Assembly: GCA_019310975.1 (NCBI GenBank)
Contig: JAFDDH010000010.1
Coordinates: forward strand, 1,375 to 65,374
Source of the DNA: Deltaproteobacteria bacterium
GTDB taxonomy: Bacteria > Myxococcota_A > UBA9160 > UBA4427
Length of the DNA stretch: 64,000 nucleotides
Direction of reading: 5' to 3'
The notes below the pieces were generated by a model that saw only the letters and a program-made list of their open reading frames with translations, was not told where the DNA came from and did no database searches. The stretch's first letter is position 1, and each line of letters begins with the position of its first letter. Shown here in pieces: positions 61,652 through 64,000 of the stretch. A program made the position numbers and the translations under genes.

Positions 61652-62779
61652 TCAGAAGCGGTCGAGCAGCCAGCGCGCACGCGCCAGCCCGACCCGAAGC
61701 GTTTGGCACTCCGTACCGCGAGGCAGCGAGAATCCGGTCTGCCGCTGGCTCTCGGCCGGGATCTGGTCGAGCGCAACCGCGAAGGCTTCGCCCCCGCAGT
61801 CGACCTCGACGACCGCCTTGTCGATCTCCTGGCGGGCGCGGTTATGGCCCGTCACGCCGACTTCGATGCGGCCGTTCCAGAGGCGTCGCGCCTCGGAGTG
61901 GATCTCCAGCCAGGGCGCCACGTCGAGCTGACGGTCGCCGGCGCGATGCCGGCCGCGAAGGTCGATTCGCTTGCGATCGTGGTCGAGGGAGACCTGAAAC
62001 TGGCGCGAGACGTTGAGTCCGAGCAGGCCCACCGCCGGTGGGTTCGCGCAGCTGTCGCAGACCGCCACCGTGACCCACTCGACGGGCTCGTCTCCCATCC
62101 AGATTGCGTCCACCAGTACGAGCGGCGCCTCGATGCGCCCGTTCGCGGTCTGCAGTGTGACGCGTGGAGCGCTGACGGGGACGTCGAGACCGAGGGCCCG
62201 CAGTGTCCGCTCGTCGAGTGTCGTGAACGTGGCTCCGGTGTCGAAGATCATGTCGAACTGCTCGCCGAGCCGGGGCCCGTCGATATCTACCTTGATTCGG
62301 AGGCTGCGTTCGTCGCCCTCGTAGGGGAGCTTCACCAGGATCATTTCGTCCTCCGGCTCCGGGGGGCGGATGCGAATTCGCCGACTCGGCCGAGATTGGG
62401 CCTGGCTGCTCGCGGTGTTCGCCGCGGTCGCCATGCTCGGCAAGACCGGCGCTTGGTCGCGCCCGAGTAGCCCCACCGCTGCGGCCGCGAGGTCGCCCGC
62501 CGCGCTGGAGACCTGCTCGCCGCTGGCCGCCATCAGCCACCGTGTGCCCGCCGCGGCCGCGGGCACGCGCTCGCCCGGGAAGTAGAGCGGTAACGCGGCC
62601 AGCAACGCCAGCGACCAGAGCCACGCTCCAACCAACCAGCGCATCCGGCGTGGCCCGCCGAGCAGCACGCCCAGGCCCAGGATCGGTAGGAGGCTGAGGG
62701 CGAGCGCGCAGGCCAGAGCGAGGCCGGCGGGCACACCCCGCTTCAAGCCGAGCCCGATCAGCGTGGCCAGAACAACCAC
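61652..62779 (-). CDS. membrane-anchored retropepsin-like (clan AA) aspartic protease
   Basis: N-terminal TM segments. FDMIFDTGATFTTL catalytic DTG motif and GLLGLNV flap-like motif. About 110 extra C-terminal residues. GTG start. Confidence 0.75.
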   Translation of the reverse strand: MVVLATLIGLGLKRGVPAGLALACALALSLLPILGLGVLLGGPRRMRWLVGAWLWSLALLAALPLYFPGERVPAAAAGTRWLMAASGEQVSSAAGDLAAAAVGLLGRDQAPVLPSMATAANTASSQAQSRPSRRIRIRPPEPEDEMILVKLPYEGDERSLRIKVDIDGPRLGEQFDMIFDTGATFTTLDERTLRALGLDVPVSAPRVTLQTANGRIEAPLVLVDAIWMGDEPVEWVTVAVCDSCANPPAVGLLGLNVSRQFQVSLDHDRKRIDLRGRHRAGDRQLDVAPWLEIHSEARRLWNGRIEVGVTGHNRARQEIDKAVVEVDCGGEAFAVALDQIPAESQRQTGFSLPRGTECQTLRVGLARARWLLDRF

Positions 62780-63039
62780 CCACGGCAGACCCGTGGCGAA
62801 CCCGCAGAGGATCGCTACGGCCGCGCGCCTGCGCGGACCGTGATCGCCGACACCCGCTCGGATGGTCGTCAGCTTCGCCCCCTTTGCGGCCCGGGACCGC
62901 GCATCTGATCCGCCCGATAGCGTCGCTGCACTTCGTGTGGGACACCGTTGGACGCCGCGAGGTTAGCCCTTCGACCTGTTCCGGCGCGCGGGGTCGCGGC
63001 CACGGCGTGCGAGGGCAGGGCTGCTACATTCTGCGGCCC

Positions 63040-63897
63040 ATGCGACAGCGGTACGCTCTCATCCTCGTCCTGATGACCTCGCTGCTCTCGCCGGGCTGCA
63101 GGATGCTTGCGAGCTCCGCCACCACGCGCCTGGCAGAGAGCGTCTCCGCTGCAGTGCTCGACCAGAACGACGCGCTGCTGGTTCGCGACGGCGCTCCCGC
63201 CTATCTGATCGCCATCGACGGCCTGATCGAGGGCGACCCGAAGAACGAGACGCTGCTGCTCACCGGGGCGCGTCTCTACTCCGCTTATGCGTCCGCGTTC
63301 GTCGAAGATCCGGAGCGGGCTAGCCGGCTCACGAACCGCGCCCACGGCTATGGGAATCGGGCCATCTGCGAGCGGAGCAAGGAGCTCTGCGCTGCCTCGA
63401 AGGGAAACTTCGACGGCTTCGTGGCTGCACTGCAGGGTACCCGCTCCAAGGACCTGCCGGCCCTCTATGGGTACGGCAGCGTCTGGGCAGGCTGGGTCCA
63501 GGTGAACTCTGCGGATTGGAACGCCATCGCGGATCTGCCGAAGGTGCAGGCCGTGATGGAGCGCGTCGTGGAGCTCGACGACGGCTACGAAGAAGGGGGC
63601 GCGCACCTCTATCTGGGTCTCCTCTACACGCTTCGCCCGGCGAGCCTGGGGGGCAAGCCCGAGCTCGGCCGCAAGCATTTCGAGCGCTCCATCGAGCTCA
63701 GTGGCGGCCGCAACCTGATGGCCAAGGTCTTCTTCGCCAGTCAGTACGCGCGTCTGGTCTTCGACCGCCCGCTTCACGACGCGCTGCTGCATCAGGTGCT
63801 CGACGCCGATCCCAATGCCCGGGGCTACACCCTGACAAACACGCTTGCCCAGGAGCAAGCTGAGGTTCTGCTCGCAGACGCCGACGAGTACTTCTGA
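63040..63897 (+). CDS. TatT-family TPR-like lipoprotein (TRAP transporter accessory component family)
   Basis: ATG 63040. Lipobox LLSPGC. Sequence: DGAPAYLIAIDGLIEGDPKNETLLLTGARLYSAYASAFVED...GGAHLYLGLLY. Confidence 0.8.
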   Translation: MRQRYALILVLMTSLLSPGCRMLASSATTRLAESVSAAVLDQNDALLVRDGAPAYLIAIDGLIEGDPKNETLLLTGARLYSAYASAFVEDPERASRLTNRAHGYGNRAICERSKELCAASKGNFDGFVAALQGTRSKDLPALYGYGSVWAGWVQVNSADWNAIADLPKVQAVMERVVELDDGYEEGGAHLYLGLLYTLRPASLGGKPELGRKHFERSIELSGGRNLMAKVFFASQYARLVFDRPLHDALLHQVLDADPNARGYTLTNTLAQEQAEVLLADADEYF

Positions 63898-63952
63898 GCG
63901 TGTGCCCCGTCACCCGAACGATGCCCCCCCCCGCTCTCCTCCAAGGAGCCAA

Positions 63953-64000
63953 ATGTCCGTCCCCGCCCTCCGACTGCTGATCGTCCTCGCGGCCCTCGCC
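63953..64000 (+). CDS. 5' end of an exported protein (truncated by window end)
   Basis: AAGGAG RBS at 63943-63948, followed by ATG and MSVPALRLLIVLAALA. Given the position after tatT, a TRAP/TAXI binding protein would be expected, but this cannot be shown from 16 codons. Confidence 0.45.
   Translation, partial: MSVPALRLLIVLAALA

Noticed and set aside
1-64000. Search for mobile elements, prophage, defence systems (RM, TA, CRISPR-Cas, retrons), rRNA/tRNA genes and riboswitches.
   Set aside because: I found no transposase, integrase, recombinase, Cas, nuclease-helicase or toxin-like translations, no repeat arrays and no RNA-gene signatures by eye. The absence is not proven without covariance-model or HMM scans.

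Overview
This is a high-GC chromosomal segment (roughly two-thirds G+C by eye) from a diderm bacterium. It is densely coding, with about 60 genes. I saw no rRNA, tRNA, CRISPR array, transposase, integrase or phage genes. Because of the GC content, most ORFs in the track are antisense or shadow frames. I kept the frame with protein-like composition and recognisable motifs, and re-derived start codons from the nucleotides. The track reports longest ORFs and uses ATG, GTG and TTG as starts.

Content from left to right:
1. 1-16.3 kb: an envelope glycolipid / lipid-tailoring island. It holds an HpnN-like MMPL exporter, a desaturase-family enzyme, three SAM methyltransferases, two polyprenyl-phosphate-sugar synthases, two tandem GT-C glycosyltransferases, a GT4, a flippase-like protein and an MDR dehydrogenase.
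2. An outer-membrane beta-barrel gene followed by an orphan secretin with a SPOR-like tail.
3. A DsbD - TlpA - DUF4266 - DUF3570 - ApbE envelope redox operon.
4. 25.6-36.4 kb: eleven co-directional genes for exported proteins of unknown function (CxxCH proteins, a LamG lipoprotein, a Tat DUF1501-like protein) joined to a permuted ExbD / TonB-like / ExbB-like motor. This is my best candidate for an undescribed system.
5. An LpoB-like lipoprotein pair, HspQ, an ECF sigma factor and an acyl-CoA carboxyltransferase.
6. Assorted metabolism and transport genes.
7. YfiR plus a CHASE8-type chemoreceptor.
8. A crotonase, a CoA-transferase, a retropepsin-like protease and TatT.

All family names come from my own reading of motifs. 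No database search was run.
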